From Gemmatimonadales bacterium (GTDB lineage Bacteria; Gemmatimonadota; Gemmatimonadetes; Gemmatimonadales; GWC2-71-9), in assembly GCA_038321865.1 (NCBI GenBank), contig JBBQFH010000001.1, positions 32,001 through 96,000 of the forward strand: 64,000 nt of DNA. The letters are read 5' to 3'. The notes beneath the pieces were generated by a model. The model ran no database searches and was not told the origin of the DNA. It saw only the letters and a program-made list of their open reading frames with translations. Positions 1 through 10,013 of the stretch are shown here, piece by piece (positions within the stretch are counted from its first letter, which is position 1; every line of letters starts with the position of its first letter). The translations under genes were made by a program, and so were the position numbers.

Positions 1-464
1 AGCGTGGCCACGGCAATTACGGCCAGCCCTTCGCCCCGGCCAAGGCAACCCATGCCCTCATTGGTCTTCGCCTTGACGCCGACGTCCCCGGCCGACAGGC
101 CGAAGACCTGCGCGAGGGCGGCGGCCATCGCGTCCACGTGTGCCGCGAGCCTCGGCTGTTCGGCGATGATGGTCACGTCAGCCTGGACCACGCGAAACCC
201 GCGCTCCCCCACCCGTGCGGTCGCGAGGCGGAGGAGGTTCATCGAATCGGCGTTTTCCCATTGCGGATCGGAATCGGGAAAGAGGCGCCCGATGTCGCCG
301 GCCCCCGCCGCGCCCAGGACCGCGTCAGTCACGGCATGGGCAACGGCGTCGGCATCGGAGTGTCCGGCGAGGCCAAGTGGATGGGGGATGTGCTGGCCGG
401 CGAGAATGAGTGCCCGGCCGGCGACGAAGCGATGGGAATCGTACCCGATGCCGACGCGGCTCAT
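1..464 (-). CDS. ispF: 2-C-methyl-D-erythritol 2,4-cyclodiphosphate synthase (3' end runs off window)
   Basis: Not in the ORF track. Manual translation from ATG at 464 gives MSRVGIGYDSHRF...KAKTNEGMGCLGRGEGLAVIAVAT, the typical IspF N- and C-terminal motifs. Confidence 0.95.
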   Translation of the reverse strand, partial: MSRVGIGYDSHRFVAGRALILAGQHIPHPLGLAGHSDADAVAHAVTDAVLGAAGAGDIGRLFPDSDPQWENADSMNLLRLATARVGERGFRVVQADVTIIAEQPRLAAHVDAMAAALAQVFGLSAGDVGVKAKTNEGMGCLGRGEGLAVIAVAT

Positions 465-471
465 GGCGATC

Positions 472-1533
472 TCACGCCGCGGCGGTGGCCGGCTCCTCGA
501 TGAAGCTGTAGTCCTGGCGCCGGCGGCGGACGTCATATCCGGCGTCGCGAATCGACCGCTCCATCTCGGTGATGGTCGCCCGATGTGTCGTGCCGGCAGA
601 GGAAACGACATTCTCCTCCATCATGAGGCTGCCGAAATCGTTGGCGCCGAACCGCAGCGCGACCTGACCCACCTTGAGCCCCATCGTCACCCACGACGAC
701 TGCAGGTTCGGCACGTTGTCGCAGATGATCCGGCCCATTGCCAGCGTGCGAAGATAGGTCACCGCGTCAGTCTTGACGCTGTCGGCCATGCCGGTGCCGT
801 CGGGTTGCAACGGCCAGCAGATGAACGCGGTGAATCCGCCCGTGCGAGCCTGGAGGTCCCGCACTCGAAACAGGTGCTCGATGCGGTCGGCGCTGCTCTC
901 CCCCAGACCATACATCATGGTCACCGAGGTCTTCATCCCCTGGTGATGCGCCTCCTCCTGCACCCCGAGCCACTCCTCGGTCTGGGCCTTCTTCCGGGCC
1001 ACACGTGCCCGAATCTCATCCACGAGGATCTCGCCGCCGCCACCGGGAATGCTGTCCAGTCCCGCCCCGCGCAGCTCACGGATGACTTCCGCCACCGGCA
1101 AGCCGAAGCGCTGGCCAAAAAAGACTACCTCTGAAGGCGAAAACCCGTGAATGTGGATCGGGTGGTTGCGCTTGATGTAGCGCATCAGGTCGAGATACCA
1201 CTCGAACGGGATGTACGGATTGTGCCCGCCCTGCAGCAGGATCTGAACGCCGCCGATCGCCTTGCACTCGTCGATTTTCCGGCCGATCTGCTCGTAGCTC
1301 AGCACGTAGCCCTCGAGATCCTTCGGGCGGCGATAGAACGCGCAGAACTTGCAGTCCGCCGTACAGACGTTGGTATAGTTGATGTTCCGATCAATGATGT
1401 AGGTCACCACATTCTCGGGATGCTGCCGCCACCGCTCGGCGTCCGCCAGCTGGCCCAGCTCGAGCAGGCTGGCCGTCTCGTACAGCTCGACGTAATCCCG
1501 GAATTCAGGTGAGCCGCGGTCCACGACAGTCAT
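472..1533 (-). CDS. mqnC: cyclic dehypoxanthinyl futalosine synthase (radical SAM, CofH-like)
   Basis: YIIDRNINYTNVCTADCKFCAF (CX3CX2C), SIPGGGGEIL, GANDFGSLMMEENVV; adjacent to mqnA and mqnE; start moved to ATG 1533. Confidence 0.92.
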   Translation of the reverse strand: MTVVDRGSPEFRDYVELYETASLLELGQLADAERWRQHPENVVTYIIDRNINYTNVCTADCKFCAFYRRPKDLEGYVLSYEQIGRKIDECKAIGGVQILLQGGHNPYIPFEWYLDLMRYIKRNHPIHIHGFSPSEVVFFGQRFGLPVAEVIRELRGAGLDSIPGGGGEILVDEIRARVARKKAQTEEWLGVQEEAHHQGMKTSVTMMYGLGESSADRIEHLFRVRDLQARTGGFTAFICWPLQPDGTGMADSVKTDAVTYLRTLAMGRIICDNVPNLQSSWVTMGLKVGQVALRFGANDFGSLMMEENVVSSAGTTHRATITEMERSIRDAGYDVRRRRQDYSFIEEPATAAA

Positions 1534-1541
1534 CGAATCCC

Positions 1542-2363
1542 CTATGCGGCGGTGATGAACGAGAGGGAGCCATCGGGCACCAGGCCATCCTGCGCCAGGC
1601 GCCGGAAGAAGTCGGTCAGCCCCGCCAGATGGCGGTAGGAGAGGCGGTAATCCAGATCGCCGAGATAGGAACGGCACACCTCCTCGGCCACCCCGGTCGC
1701 GCTTGCGGCATCGGCCGAGAGCTCGTCGAGGTGGGCCAGCCCCCACGCGCAGGAGGCGAGGAGGCCCGCGTGCAGCTCCTGAACGACAGGCGTGGGCGCA
1801 GTCCGGCGCGCCGCCCACACGGCGAAGACGAAGGGCAAACCAGTCCAGGCCTTCCATTCAGCGCCCAGATCAATCCTGTGGGGATACACTTCGCGCGCGG
1901 TGAGCATCAGGGCGGCGTCACCAATGACCAGGACCGCGTCGTGCGGAAACTGCGCGAGTGAGGCGAGATCGCTCGCCTCGGCACGCACGGTAGCGAAGCG
2001 CGGAGCCACTCCCCAGCGGTGCCGGCAGAGCAGCTCGAGCAGCAACACGGAGGTGCGAGAGGATGCCGTGAGGAGCACCGTCCGGCCATCGAGCTCGGAT
2101 ACGGGCCGCCGGGAGAAAAGCGCCACGCTGTGCACCGGGCCATCGCAGGTGATGGCGAGATCGGGCAGCAGGTGATACGCGGCCGCATTCCGGGCATACT
2201 CGACGGCCGAGACGACGCTCACATCGAGCTCACCGGCCGCGAGCAGATCATTGAGCTCCGACGCCGTGCCGGACACCAGCTCAGCCGGCACGGACACGAT
2301 TCCGCGGTCGATCGCGCCGTAGACCGGATAGCAGTTGATCCACGCGATTCGGCCCAGCCTCAT
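1542..2363 (-). CDS. mqnA: chorismate dehydratase (futalosine pathway)
   Basis: RLGRIAWINCYP, GPVHSV, SSRTSV, IGDAAL, DLGAEWKAWTGLPFVFAVW motifs. Confidence 0.92.
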   Translation of the reverse strand: MRLGRIAWINCYPVYGAIDRGIVSVPAELVSGTASELNDLLAAGELDVSVVSAVEYARNAAAYHLLPDLAITCDGPVHSVALFSRRPVSELDGRTVLLTASSRTSVLLLELLCRHRWGVAPRFATVRAEASDLASLAQFPHDAVLVIGDAALMLTAREVYPHRIDLGAEWKAWTGLPFVFAVWAARRTAPTPVVQELHAGLLASCAWGLAHLDELSADAASATGVAEEVCRSYLGDLDYRLSYRHLAGLTDFFRRLAQDGLVPDGSLSFITAA

Positions 2364-3559
2364 GCGGCGTGGACCACGGGCAGCGAGCGGGGCCGCTCGT
2401 TCGGCATCGGCGGCGGGGTCGGCTCGTCAAAGGTGTCGCGCACCGCACGGTACAGGCTGTCACGTTCCACCGGCCGGCGACCGGCATCGCGGATCAGCTT
2501 CACGAGCCCGAGATACGGCATGTGCATCTGGGTGCGCGCGCCGGCTTCGTGGTAGACCCGTTCATAGATCACGGTACCCTCGACATCATCGCAGCCGAAC
2601 GCCAGCGCGACCTGCGACATGAACGGCGTCACCATCGGCCAGTGCGTCTTCACGTGTGGGATGTTGTCCAGATACAGGCGGCCCACGGCGATCGCCTTGA
2701 GGTCCTCGTAGCCGGTGGTCGCGGTGCCCACCCGCCCCAGCTCCTCACCGAGCTCATTGTTTTCGGTGTGATACGCCAGGGGGATGTAGGTCAGAAACCC
2801 GCCGGTTTCGTCCTGCAGGGCGCGCAGCATTCCCAGGTGCTCGATCCGGTCCGCGGCGGTTTCGATGTGACCGTACAGCATCGTGCAGTTCGTGGGAATG
2901 TCGAGCTGGTGCGCCGTCCGGTGCACACGAATCCATTCCTCGCCGGTGAGCTTTCGCTCGGCGATGGTCGCGCGGACGGCGGTGCTGAACACCTCCGCCC
3001 CGCCCCCGGGAAGGCTGGTGAGCCCGGCCTCCTTCAGGGCGATGAGCACGTCGCGCTCGGTCGAGCGCTCGATCCGGGCGAGGTGGGCGATCTCGACGGC
3101 TGTCAGCGCCTTGATGTGAACGTGCGGATGGCGCTCCTTGAGACCACGAATCATGTCGGTGTAATAACTCAGCCGCAGCTTGGGATGCAGCCCGCCGACG
3201 ATGTGGAACTCGCGCGTCGGCGATCCCTCGGCCTGTTCAGCCTCGAGATACACCTCGTCGAGTGAGCGCGTGTAGGCGCCTTCCTCCTTCGGCATGCGGG
3301 CGAAGGAGCAGAAGGTGCACGTGTTCCGAAGAATGCAGACATTGGTCGGATTGAGATGCTGATTGGCGGAGAAGAATACGCGGTCGCCGTTGGCACGCCG
3401 GTTGGCGTAATCGGCCAGCATGCCGAGCCCCAGCAGGTCGCTCGTCGCGTACAGCGCGAGCCCATCCGACGCTTCGAGCCTCGTTCCGGCCAGCACCTTT
3501 TCCGCGATCGGCCGGAGGGCAGGATCGCGCAGGCGCGCTATGTCGACTTGGCCCGGCAT
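2360..3559 (-). CDS. mqnE: aminofutalosine synthase (radical SAM)
   Basis: NPTNVCILRNTCTFCSF, EFHIVGGLHP, HIKALTAVEI, SLPGGGAE, MLYGHIET, NIPHVKTHW; AAGGAG RBS at 3565-3570. Confidence 0.92.
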   Translation of the reverse strand: MPGQVDIARLRDPALRPIAEKVLAGTRLEASDGLALYATSDLLGLGMLADYANRRANGDRVFFSANQHLNPTNVCILRNTCTFCSFARMPKEEGAYTRSLDEVYLEAEQAEGSPTREFHIVGGLHPKLRLSYYTDMIRGLKERHPHVHIKALTAVEIAHLARIERSTERDVLIALKEAGLTSLPGGGAEVFSTAVRATIAERKLTGEEWIRVHRTAHQLDIPTNCTMLYGHIETAADRIEHLGMLRALQDETGGFLTYIPLAYHTENNELGEELGRVGTATTGYEDLKAIAVGRLYLDNIPHVKTHWPMVTPFMSQVALAFGCDDVEGTVIYERVYHEAGARTQMHMPYLGLVKLIRDAGRRPVERDSLYRAVRDTFDEPTPPPMPNERPRSLPVVHAA

Positions 3560-3589
3560 CGTGGCTCCTTGAAGGATCCGTACCTGAGA

Positions 3590-3595
3590 AATCTA
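3590..3595 (-). promoter_or_regulatory. candidate -10 element (TAGATT) for mqnE-mqnA-mqnC-ispF
   Basis: TAnnnT hexamer in an AT-richer patch about 30 nt upstream of mqnE; no clear -35. Confidence 0.4.
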
Positions 3596-3695
3596 CATGA
3601 CCGCCGCCGCCGGGGCTACGCGATCCCACGCGGAAACGCCCCTCCGCGGGCACGGAAAGGGCGGGACGAAACGACCTTCCCCGCTCCACAGCCGG

Positions 3696-4934
3696 CTACG
3701 TCCAGGCGCGCACGGCCAGGGTGGCATTATGGCCCCCGAACCCGAAGGAGTTGCTGATCGCCACCCGGACCGGCCGGCTCACCCTGTGATTGGGTGCCGA
3801 GTCGAGATCGCACTCCGGATCGGGCGTGAACTGGTTGATCGTCGGCGGAATCATGCTGTCCCGGCACGCCAGGAGCGAAACTCCGAATTCGAGCGCCCCT
3901 GCGGCACCGAGCAAGTGGCCCGTCATCGACTTCGTGGACCCGAACACGAGGCGGCGGGCGTGATCCCCGAAGACCGCCTTTACCGCCGCCGTCTCGGCGA
4001 TGTCGCCCTGATCGGTGGAGGTACCGTGCGCATTGACGTACCCGACATCCTCGGGATTGATCCCGCCGTCGGCCAGCGCGGCGCGGATCGCCCGCTGCGC
4101 ACCTTCGCCGGCCGGTGCCGGCGCCGTCATGTGATACGCATCCCCGCTCGCGCCATACCCCAGCACTTCACCCAGGATCACAGCACCACGCCGCTCGGCA
4201 TGCTCGAGGCTCTCGAGCATGCCCATCCCGGCGCCCTCACCAAGGACGAAGCCGTCGCGGTCCTTGTCGAACGGGCGGCTGGCGGTTTCGGGCGAGTCGT
4301 TGCGGGTCGAGAGGGCGCGCATGTTCTGGAAGCCGGCGATGGTCAGCCCCGAGATGGCCGCCTCGGCGCCGCCGCAGAGCATGGCGTCGGCCTTGCCATC
4401 CTTGATCATCGTGTAGGACTCGCCGATGGCATGAGCACTCGACGCACACGCGCTCACCGTGGCGAAATTCGGTCCCTTGGCGCCGTATCGGATGGAGACG
4501 AGGCCGGCGGCGATGTCGGGAATGAACATGGGGACGAAGAACGGGGAAACGCGGTCAGGGCCCTTGGTGAGATAGATCGAGCACTGTTCCTCGAAGGTCC
4601 GCATCCCGCCGATACCGCTGCCGATGACGACCCCGGTCCGATCGGGTGATGGAAACCTTCCCTCGAGTCCAGCCTGGGTCACGGCCTGCTGGGCCGCGCC
4701 GAGCGCGTACTGGACGAACTGATCGTACCGCTTCGCCTCCTTGCGGTCCATGTACAGCAGCGGATCGAACCCCTTGATCTCGCAGGCGAACCGCACCTGC
4801 AGCGCCGACGCATCGAACTTGGCGATCGGCGCTGCGCCGGAACGGCCGGCCAGCAGCGCGCTCCAGGTGGAATCCACGTCGTTGCCAACCGGAGTGACCA
4901 GGCCGAGTCCGGTGACGACGACGCGCTGCGCCAA
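3696..4934 (-). CDS. fabF: 3-oxoacyl-ACP synthase II
   Basis: [14 protein letters not shown] catalytic Cys, [30 protein letters not shown] start. Confidence 0.97.
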   Translation of the reverse strand: MAQRVVVTGLGLVTPVGNDVDSTWSALLAGRSGAAPIAKFDASALQVRFACEIKGFDPLLYMDRKEAKRYDQFVQYALGAAQQAVTQAGLEGRFPSPDRTGVVIGSGIGGMRTFEEQCSIYLTKGPDRVSPFFVPMFIPDIAAGLVSIRYGAKGPNFATVSACASSAHAIGESYTMIKDGKADAMLCGGAEAAISGLTIAGFQNMRALSTRNDSPETASRPFDKDRDGFVLGEGAGMGMLESLEHAERRGAVILGEVLGYGASGDAYHMTAPAPAGEGAQRAIRAALADGGINPEDVGYVNAHGTSTDQGDIAETAAVKAVFGDHARRLVFGSTKSMTGHLLGAAGALEFGVSLLACRDSMIPPTINQFTPDPECDLDSAPNHRVSRPVRVAISNSFGFGGHNATLAVRAWT

Positions 4935-4935
4935 G

Positions 4936-5175
4936 TTACTTGCCGATCTTCTGGTGGAGATAGTTCATCGCGTCGCCGACGGTGCGAAGCTTCTCCGCGT
5001 CCTCGTCGGGGATATCGATGTCGAACTCCTTCTCGAAGGCCATCACCAGCTCGACCGTGTCGAGGCTGTCCGCGCCCAGGTCCTCCATGAAGCTGGCCTC
5101 GCCGGTCAGCTTCTCGCGCTCGACGCCGAGTTCCTCGACGATGATGTCCTTGACCTTCTCTTCCACGTTGTCCAT
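4936..5175 (-). CDS. acpP: acyl carrier protein
   Basis: [17 protein letters not shown] phosphopantetheine motif. Confidence 0.98.
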   Translation of the reverse strand: MDNVEEKVKDIIVEELGVEREKLTGEASFMEDLGADSLDTVELVMAFEKEFDIDIPDEDAEKLRTVGDAMNYLHQKIGK

Positions 5176-5206
5176 GTCGTCCTCGATGGATGATTGAGGG
5201 CCTGAG

Positions 5207-5947
5207 TCAGAAAACCATCCCGCCGTCGACCACGAGCACCTGCCCGGTCATGTACGCGGACAGGTCGGACGCCAGGAACAATACGGCGCCGGCGACGTCC
5301 TCGGCGCGGCCCAACCGGCCAAGGGCGATCGCCTGTAATAAGGAGGCGCGCGCCTCCTCCGGCAAGGCACTGGTCATGTCGGTGTCGATGAACCCTGGGG
5401 CCACGCAATTGGCAAGCACATTGCGGCTGGCGTACTCCTTGGCGATCGACTTGGTGAAGCCGATCAGGCCCGCCTTGCTCGCGGCGTAGTTGGCCTGTCC
5501 CTTGTTGCCGATCAGGCCGACCACGCTCGTGATGTTGATGATGCGGCCCGTCCGGCGCTTCATCATGCCCTTGATCACAGCCTTGGTGGTATGGAATGCG
5601 CCCTTGAGGTTCGCGTCGAGTACCGCATCCCAGTCCTCGCCGGAAAGCCGGAGCAGGATGTTGTCGCGAGTCAGCCCGGCATTGTTCACCAGGATGTCGA
5701 TCGGCCCCAGCCGACGCTCGATCTCCGCCACGGCGGCATCGACCTGCCCCGCGTCCGCCACGTCACACCCCACGCCGGCCACGCCATCGCCGAGCGAGGC
5801 GGCGACGGCGGCGGCGGTGGCCGCATCCCGGCCGCTGAGCGCCACGCGAGCGCCGGCGGCGTGGAGCGTACGCGCGATGGCCAGCCCGATCCCCCGCGTC
5901 CCGCCCGTCACGAAGGCGACGCGGCCGCCCAGCGAAATGTCCGTCAC
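5207..5947 (-). CDS. fabG: 3-oxoacyl-ACP reductase
   Basis: [24 protein letters not shown] start at 5947 overlapping the fabD stop. Confidence 0.96.
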   Translation of the reverse strand: MTDISLGGRVAFVTGGTRGIGLAIARTLHAAGARVALSGRDAATAAAVAASLGDGVAGVGCDVADAGQVDAAVAEIERRLGPIDILVNNAGLTRDNILLRLSGEDWDAVLDANLKGAFHTTKAVIKGMMKRRTGRIINITSVVGLIGNKGQANYAASKAGLIGFTKSIAKEYASRNVLANCVAPGFIDTDMTSALPEEARASLLQAIALGRLGRAEDVAGAVLFLASDLSAYMTGQVLVVDGGMVF

Positions 5948-6870
5948 GCGAGGAACCTTTCGAGCTCGTCTGCCGTGCCGAGCGACAGGGTGTCCGCCCC
6001 GGGCAGAATGCGTTTGATCAGGCCACTCAGGACATTGCCCGGCCCCACTTCGACGAAGCGCACACCGGGATCCCGCTGCGCCATCACCCTTACCGACTCG
6101 ACCCATCGCACCGGCGCGGTGACCTGGTCGAGCAGCAGGCGCTTGGCGTCCACACCCGTGGTCACGGGCTCGGCGCTGGCGTTGGCGATGACCGGGAAGC
6201 GTGGGTCGGCGAAGGGCACATCCCGCAGCGCCTCCCGCAGGCCATCCACGACCGGTGCCATTAACGGCGAGTGGAACGCTCCGCTCACCTTGAGCGCGAT
6301 CACGCGCTTGGCACCCAGCGCCTTGCACCGCGCACCCGCCCGCTCCACGCCGGTTGGATCCCCGGAAATGACAGTCTGATCCGGTGCATTGATGTTCGCG
6401 GCGACAGCGAGTCCCTCTTCAGTGGAGAGCGCGTCGCACGCGGCCTGGACCTGCTCGGTCGGAAGGCCCAGGACAGCGGCCATCGCCCCGGGCCGGGCCA
6501 GGCCCGCCTCGTACATCTCCTGGCCCCGCCGGCGAACGAGTGCCGCTCCGGCCGCGGCGGAGATCGAACCGGCGGCGACGTAGGCGCTGTACTCGCCAAG
6601 GCTGTGTCCGGCCGCGGCGGTCGCGCCGTCCAGCAGGCGCGGACCGGCGACGGCGAGGACCGCCGCGGAATGGGCCAGAATCGCCGGCTGTGCGTTGTGC
6701 GTGAGCGTGAGGTCCGACTCCGGCCCCTCCCACATCGTCCGGGAAAGATGGGCGCCAAGCGCGTCGTCCACGGCTTCGAACACCGCCCGCGCGGCCGGAA
6801 AGCGCTCCGCCAGGTCACGCCCCATGCCGACCTTTTGCGCGCCCTGGCCCGGAAACACCAGAAGAGTCAC
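5944..6870 (-). CDS. fabD: malonyl-CoA:ACP transacylase
   Basis: FPGQGAQ, GHSLGE, VSGAFHS. Confidence 0.97.
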   Translation of the reverse strand: MTLLVFPGQGAQKVGMGRDLAERFPAARAVFEAVDDALGAHLSRTMWEGPESDLTLTHNAQPAILAHSAAVLAVAGPRLLDGATAAAGHSLGEYSAYVAAGSISAAAGAALVRRRGQEMYEAGLARPGAMAAVLGLPTEQVQAACDALSTEEGLAVAANINAPDQTVISGDPTGVERAGARCKALGAKRVIALKVSGAFHSPLMAPVVDGLREALRDVPFADPRFPVIANASAEPVTTGVDAKRLLLDQVTAPVRWVESVRVMAQRDPGVRFVEVGPGNVLSGLIKRILPGADTLSLGTADELERFLA

Positions 6871-7865
6871 CAGCGCACCACCGCGCTCGCCCAGGTGAAG
6901 CCCGCGCCGAACGAGACGAGCAGCAGGAGTGATCCCGACGTGATGCGCCCCTCGGCGACAGCCTGATCCAGCGCGAGCGGGATCGATGCCGACGACGTGT
7001 TGCCGTATCGGTCGACGTTCACCATCACCCGCTCCATCGGCATGCCGGCATGCTTCGCGGTCGCTTCGATGATGCGGATATTGGCCTGGTGTGGGACGAG
7101 CAGATCGATCTGGTCCGCCGTCACGCCGGCGCGGCTCAGTGCCTGGTCGCAGGCATCGCTCATGGCGAGCACCGCCGCCTTGAACACCTCGCGCCCCGCC
7201 ATCCGGATGAACTGGGTCCGCTCGCGGATCACCTTGTCGCTGATGGGATCGCTCGAGCCGCCACCGGGCCGGTTGAGCAGGTCACCAAGGCGTCCGTCCG
7301 ACTTGATGAACGTGCTGAGCAGCCCGCGAGCGCCCGGCCCCCCGGCGGTACGGCGCAGCACGACCGCACCGGCGCCGTCACCGAACAGGATCGCGGTGGA
7401 GCGATCCGTCATGTCGGTGATCGCGGTCAGCTTCTCAGCGCCGAGCACCAGCGCCGTCTCGCTCTGGCCGGACGCGATGAGCCCTTCCGCGATGGTCAGC
7501 GCGTAGAGGAAGCCGGGGCAGGCCGCGTCGACGTCGAAGGCGGCCGCGCGGTGGGCGCCGAGGAGCGCCTGCAGATCACATGCGGTGGACGGCAGCAGGC
7601 GGTCCGGGCTTGCCGTTCCGAGCACGATGGAATCGAGGTCATTCGCGCTGACGCCCGCTCGCTCCATCGCGATCAGCGACGCGCTCCGACAGAGCGATGC
7701 GACCGTGTCCTCGGGGCCGGCGTAGCGGCGCTCGCGGATGCCGGTCCGCTCGACGATCCACTGGTCGGACGTCTCGAGCGAGGCCTCGAAGTCGGCGTTG
7801 GTGACGATGCGGGAGGGAACGGCGATGCCGAGACCCGCGATCTCGGCAAACGGCCGCGGAATCAT
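6867..7865 (-). CDS. fabH: 3-oxoacyl-ACP synthase III
   Basis: WIVERTGIRERR, AACPGF, HQANIRI, GNTSSAS; ATG at 7865 overlapping the plsX stop. Confidence 0.96.
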   Translation of the reverse strand: MIPRPFAEIAGLGIAVPSRIVTNADFEASLETSDQWIVERTGIRERRYAGPEDTVASLCRSASLIAMERAGVSANDLDSIVLGTASPDRLLPSTACDLQALLGAHRAAAFDVDAACPGFLYALTIAEGLIASGQSETALVLGAEKLTAITDMTDRSTAILFGDGAGAVVLRRTAGGPGARGLLSTFIKSDGRLGDLLNRPGGGSSDPISDKVIRERTQFIRMAGREVFKAAVLAMSDACDQALSRAGVTADQIDLLVPHQANIRIIEATAKHAGMPMERVMVNVDRYGNTSSASIPLALDQAVAEGRITSGSLLLLVSFGAGFTWASAVVRW

Positions 7866-8869
7866 GCCCGGACGGGCTCGCGCTGAGCCATCTCCGCGCC
7901 GATGTGCTGACTCAAGCCGGCCCGGACGGCCTGAACGGCCACGCGGATCGCGTTCTTGATGGCGTTCCCCCCGGAGGCACCGTGGCAGATGATGCACACG
8001 CCGCGCACACCAAGCAGCGGCGCACCACCGTATTCGGAGTAGTCGAGGGTGCGGAAGACGGTCCGGATGTCGTCGCGATCGAGCACCTCGGGCGCCTGAC
8101 GCTTGACGAGCCGCACGATGAGCCGGGCGACCGACTCGTAGAACTTCAGGACGACGTTGCCGACGAAGCCGTCGCAGATGACCACGTCGAGCATCCCGTA
8201 CTTCTCGTGGCCCGCGAGGATGTCGCGGCCTTCCACGTTTCCGCGGTAATTGATGCCGGCCCGGGCCTTGAGGAGCTGGTGCGCCTCCTTCACCACCGCG
8301 TTGCCCTTCTCGTCCTCGGCCCCGACGTTGAGCAGGCCGACGGAGGGGTTGGGACGTCCGAGGATGTCCCGCACGTAGACGGTGCCCAGCACCGCGAAGC
8401 AGACGAGCTCGCGGGCCGAGCAATCCACGTTGGCGCCGCCATCAAGCACCAGCACGGGCTCGTCGGCAGTCGGAAAGAGCGTTGCGACCGTCGCACGCTC
8501 GACACCGTCGTGGAGGCCCAGCAGGAGGGTGGATGCGGCCAGCACCGCGCCGGTGTTGCCGGCGGACACGAAGGCGTCGGAATTCCCGGCCTTCTGCCGG
8601 GCAAGACCGACCACGATGCTTGAGTCGGGCTTGCGGCGCACGGCCGAGAGCGGCTTCTCCGCCATGCCGATGACCTCGGCCGCGGGCACGATTTCCAATC
8701 GTGAGCGGTCGACGCCGGCGTGCCGGAGCAGCTCTGCCTCGATCACGTCGGGCCTGCCGACCAGCTGAACGACAAAATCGGGGAATTGCGCGATCGCCTG
8801 AAGCGCGCCCTCAATTTCAGCTTGAGGAGCGTGATCGCCCCCCATCGCGTCCACGGCGACGCGAATCAC
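7862..8869 (-). CDS. plsX: phosphate acyltransferase
   Basis: VAVDAMGGDHAP, SAGNTGA, DGGANVD, CDGFVGN, GGAPLLGV; GTG start at 8869. Confidence 0.96.
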   Translation of the reverse strand: MIRVAVDAMGGDHAPQAEIEGALQAIAQFPDFVVQLVGRPDVIEAELLRHAGVDRSRLEIVPAAEVIGMAEKPLSAVRRKPDSSIVVGLARQKAGNSDAFVSAGNTGAVLAASTLLLGLHDGVERATVATLFPTADEPVLVLDGGANVDCSARELVCFAVLGTVYVRDILGRPNPSVGLLNVGAEDEKGNAVVKEAHQLLKARAGINYRGNVEGRDILAGHEKYGMLDVVICDGFVGNVVLKFYESVARLIVRLVKRQAPEVLDRDDIRTVFRTLDYSEYGGAPLLGVRGVCIICHGASGGNAIKNAIRVAVQAVRAGLSQHIGAEMAQREPVRA

Positions 8870-8871
8870 GT

Positions 8872-9054
8872 TCAGCTGTCCTCGACCTCGACCACCTTCT
8901 TGCCGCCGTAATAGCCGCACGAATCGCAGACGCGATGCGCGAGCTTCGGCGAGCTGCACCGGGGACAGGCCTGGGGCCGCACACTGGCCGCGACATCGTG
9001 GCCGCGCCGGAGGCGCTTGCGGGACTTCGAGGTACGACGCTTAGGTACCGCCAT
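8872..9054 (-). CDS. rpmF: 50S ribosomal protein L32 (Zn-ribbon form)
   Basis: MAVPKRRTSKSRKRLRR, CPRC...HRVCDSCGYY. Confidence 0.97.
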   Translation of the reverse strand: MAVPKRRTSKSRKRLRRGHDVAASVRPQACPRCSSPKLAHRVCDSCGYYGGKKVVEVEDS

Positions 9055-9532
9055 TGGGTCCTCTAACGGGTTCGGCAGACTCTGCGCAGTGGCAGGCGCC
9101 CGCATTCAAATCTGCGCCGCACCTGGGGCACAGCCCTGCACAGTCTTCCCGGCACTCCACGTACGGGCGTGCCGCCAGCACCAACTCTTCCCGGACCGCC
9201 TCACCGACATCGACATGCGTGGCGCTCTCGGCGAGCGGATAGACGCTCGGATCGTCCGCGGCATCCGGATCGCTGCTGAACAGCACATCCATGCCTGCGT
9301 CGATCACCTGCCGGACCGGCGTCAGGCAGCGGCGGCATTCCGCGTTCACCGTCGTCTGGATGCGGCCGCGCCAGAGGTATTCGCCCTCGGCGGTCGCCTG
9401 AAGCGCCCCGCCGACGTTCACCGGTTCGGCCAGTTCGAGGCCAAGACCCTCGAAGAGCGGGTCGGCTGGGTCGAACTGTCCTGCGGTCTCGACCGGACCC
9501 CGGCCGAGATCCCGAATATCCACCTTGAGCAT
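9041..9532 (-). CDS. yceD: DUF177/YceD family protein
   Basis: CRRCL and CREDCAGLCPRCGADLN motifs; conserved position upstream of rpmF. Confidence 0.9.
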   Translation of the reverse strand: MLKVDIRDLGRGPVETAGQFDPADPLFEGLGLELAEPVNVGGALQATAEGEYLWRGRIQTTVNAECRRCLTPVRQVIDAGMDVLFSSDPDAADDPSVYPLAESATHVDVGEAVREELVLAARPYVECREDCAGLCPRCGADLNAGACHCAESAEPVRGPNGGT

Positions 9533-9540
9533 AGCCCGTT

Positions 9541-9569
9541 AACGTAACTAGGACAACAACTTGGGTCAA
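9541..9569 (-). promoter_or_regulatory. sigma70-type promoter for yceD-rpmF-plsX-fab
   Basis: TTGACC (9564-9569), 17-nt spacer, TACGTT (9541-9546); the -35 overlaps the ndk TGA stop. Confidence 0.6.
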
Positions 9570-10000
9570 GTCGCCGAAATATCCGCCAACTCGCTCTCGG
9601 TGAAGAAGAAAGCGATTTCCCGCGCGGCATTATCGTCGCTGTCCGAGCCGTGCACGGCGTTTCGACCTATCGACTCGGCGTAGAGCTTCCGGATGGTGCC
9701 GGCCGCCGCCTCCGCCGGGTCGGTCGCGCCGATGACAGTGCGATAGTGGGCCACCGCATCCGCGCGCTCGAGCGCGAGCGGAAGACAGGGACCGCTGGTC
9801 ATGAACTCGACCAGTTCGCCGTAGAACGGGCGGCCGCGATGCACCTCGTAGAACGCGCCCGCCTGCGCCGGCGAAAGCCGTACCAGGCGCGCTCCCCGCA
9901 CGATGAATCCCTCGCGCTCGAGGTGCGCCAGGATGGCGCCGCTCTTGCCGGTGGCCACGGCGTCAGGCTTGATGATGGCCAGCGTACGATTCCGTGCCAT
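9566..10000 (-). CDS. ndk: nucleoside diphosphate kinase
   Basis: RTLAIIKPDA, NAVHGSDS. Confidence 0.98.
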   Translation of the reverse strand: MARNRTLAIIKPDAVATGKSGAILAHLEREGFIVRGARLVRLSPAQAGAFYEVHRGRPFYGELVEFMTSGPCLPLALERADAVAHYRTVIGATDPAEAAAGTIRKLYAESIGRNAVHGSDSDDNAAREIAFFFTESELADISAT

Positions 10001-10013
10001 GTCGAATCCCGTT

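Noticed and set aside
3600..3695. Short GC stems between fabF and mqnE as a possible SAM or other riboswitch
   Set aside because: Stems are only 5-6 bp, match no aptamer consensus I recognise, and lie upstream of the likely -10.
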